DNA of 64,000 nt. Source: Methanobacteriota archaeon (GTDB lineage Archaea; Thermoplasmatota; Thermoplasmata; UBA10834). Below, in pieces: positions 62,441 to 64,000 of this stretch. The DNA lies in assembly GCA_020725925.1 (NCBI GenBank), contig DYTN01000002.1, positions 44,621 through 108,620 of the forward strand, in the 5' to 3' direction. The translations under genes and the position numbers were made by a program. The notes beneath the pieces are model-generated. The model saw nothing but the letters and a program-made list of their open reading frames with translations. It had not been told where the DNA came from and ran no database searches. Position 1 is the stretch's first letter; the number at the start of each line of letters is the position of its first letter.

Positions 62441-63616
62441 TTACCGCTCGATGAGCATCGCGACCGCGTTCCCGCCGCCGAGACACAGAGTGGCAACCGC
62501 GCGTCTCGAGTCGCGCGCGCGCATTGCATACAACAATGTGGTCAGCACCCTCGCACCACTGCATCCGATCGGGTGCCCGAGGGCGATGGCCCCGCCGTTG
62601 ACGTTGAACTTCGATTCTGGGACGCCAAGGGCCTTCATCACCGCAATCGATGCCGTGGAGAAGGCCTCGTTGTGCTCGAAGAGGTCTATGTCCTTCATGG
62701 TCAGCTTGTTCCTGCTGAGGAGCTTCTGCGTGGCACCAATAGGAGCCTCCATGATGAGCTCCGGCTTCACCCCGGTGGTCACATAGTCGACGACCCGCGC
62801 CATGGGCTTGATGCCCTTCTCCTCCGCCAGCTCGGAGTCCATCACCACCAGAGCCGACGCCCCGTCGTTGATGCTCGACGAATTCCCCGCCGTGAGGACG
62901 CCGTCGTTCTTGAAGACGGGCTTGAGCTTGGCCAGCGCCTCGAGCGAGGTGTCCTCCCTCGGGCCCTCGTCCACGGAGAACAGCTGGGGCTCCTTCTTCG
63001 ACGGAAGCTCGACAACAACGGTCTCTTCCTTGAAGGCGCCGGATTTGATTGCGGCGACTGCCTTCTGGTGGCTCCATAGGGCGAACTTGTCAGCCTCCTG
63101 GCGCGTGATGCCGTTCCTCTCGGCGACGATCTCGCCGGTGTTGCCCATGTGGAAGTTGTTGAACGCCTCCCAGAGCCCGTCCCTGACCATGGAATCTACG
63201 AGCGTGGAGTCGAACAGCTTGTACCCGAACCTCGCCTTCTCGAGCAGGTAGGGGGCGTTGGTCATGCTCTCCATTCCGCCAGCCACAACGATCCTCTCCT
63301 TGCCCGCGAGTATGGCATCCGCCGCCAGCATCACTGCCTTGAGGCCCGACCCGCAGACCTTGTTAATCGTGAGGGCGGCGACCTCGTCCGCGAGCCCACC
63401 CAGCAGCGCGGCCTGCCGGGCCGGGTTCTGGCCCAAGCCGGCGGAGACCACGTTGCCCAGGATGCACTCATCGACTTCCTTGGGATCTATCCCGGCGCGC
63501 CTCACGGCTTCCCTCACGGCCACAGCGCCGACCTTGGGGGCGCTGAGGTCCTTGAGAGCGCCACCGAACCTCCCGACGGGCGTCCTTGTGGCGCTCACAA
63601 TGACAGCTTCTCTCAT
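62441..63616 (-). CDS. Acetyl-CoA C-acetyltransferase (thiolase)
   Basis: NKVCGSG, HNEAFS, GGAIALGHPIGCSG, CLGGG. Confidence 0.95.
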   Translation of the reverse strand: MREAVIVSATRTPVGRFGGALKDLSAPKVGAVAVREAVRRAGIDPKEVDECILGNVVSAGLGQNPARQAALLGGLADEVAALTINKVCGSGLKAVMLAADAILAGKERIVVAGGMESMTNAPYLLEKARFGYKLFDSTLVDSMVRDGLWEAFNNFHMGNTGEIVAERNGITRQEADKFALWSHQKAVAAIKSGAFKEETVVVELPSKKEPQLFSVDEGPREDTSLEALAKLKPVFKNDGVLTAGNSSSINDGASALVVMDSELAEEKGIKPMARVVDYVTTGVKPELIMEAPIGATQKLLSRNKLTMKDIDLFEHNEAFSTASIAVMKALGVPESKFNVNGGAIALGHPIGCSGARVLTTLLYAMRARDSRRAVATLCLGGGNAVAMLIER

Positions 63617-63687
63617 CACATACCACACACCCAGCACTCAGATAACAGCCGTGCTGATGCCTGGTGCGAAGATTCCGTGAACCGTAT

Positions 63688-64000
63688 TTATAGATTGTCT
63701 ATGTCCACCCTCGACATCCGCCGTATGGGCTTGTGAAGGTGCCGGCGTGAGGCCACGGGAGGCTCGTACCAACCCGGTCGGACCGAGCGCGGGAAGGTCT
63801 TGAATGTCGCCGCATGAGCGGAGGACTTGGAGCCGCATATCTTGCACCTGTACCCCTGGCCCCTGCCCAGGGAGCCCATGCTCTTCCGGCACTTCTTGCA
63901 CACGGGATTGTGCACCTTTCGGACATCCTCCACAAGCCCCCTGACCGACATCTTCTCCACGTTGAGGCTGCGGGGGGTTTCTCTGACAGACCCCTGGAGG
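63688..64000 (-). CDS. tiaS: tRNA(Ile2) agmatinylcytidine synthetase, 3' end
   Basis: NPVCKKC..SLGRGQGYRCKICG..YEPPVASRRHLHKP. Confidence 0.88.
   Translation of the reverse strand, partial: LQGSVRETPRSLNVEKMSVRGLVEDVRKVHNPVCKKCRKSMGSLGRGQGYRCKICGSKSSAHAATFKTFPRSVRPGWYEPPVASRRHLHKPIRRMSRVDIDNL

Overview
High-GC archaeal chromosome segment, most consistent with Thermoplasmata. Archaeal informational genes (mcm, priS, nmd3, rplX/L18Ae, pfdA, ftsY, tsr3, tiaS) sit alongside bacterial-type gyrase genes. Housekeeping content includes thiC, class I fumarase, an hps fusion, an ECF transporter, thiolase, htpX, lhr and ogg. Spread among these is a recurring set of modules: six KaiC/RAD55/DUF835-type ATPase domains, many CxxC zinc ribbons, long coiled coils, a type IV pilus operon with two ATPases and two platform proteins, tandem pilins, and a giant CARDB surface protein with cytoplasmic zinc ribbons. 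The most striking gene encodes a motif-intact bacterial DnaA-type AAA+ domain, lacking DnaA's DNA-binding domain, fused to archaeal DUF2226-like, zinc-ribbon and DUF835-like domains. It lies about 2.5 kb from ORB-like elements upstream of gyrB. Non-coding signals read by hand are tRNA-Phe, tRNA-Thr(CGT) with a 27-nt BHB intron in the D-loop, a C/D box sRNA whose D guide predicts Cm1402 of 16S rRNA, an apparent ACG start for mcm, and a shared palindrome in pilus-related promoters. Small indels in gyrA, fumarase beta and gyrB suggest assembly errors. All family assignments come from motif recognition by eye, not database searches.
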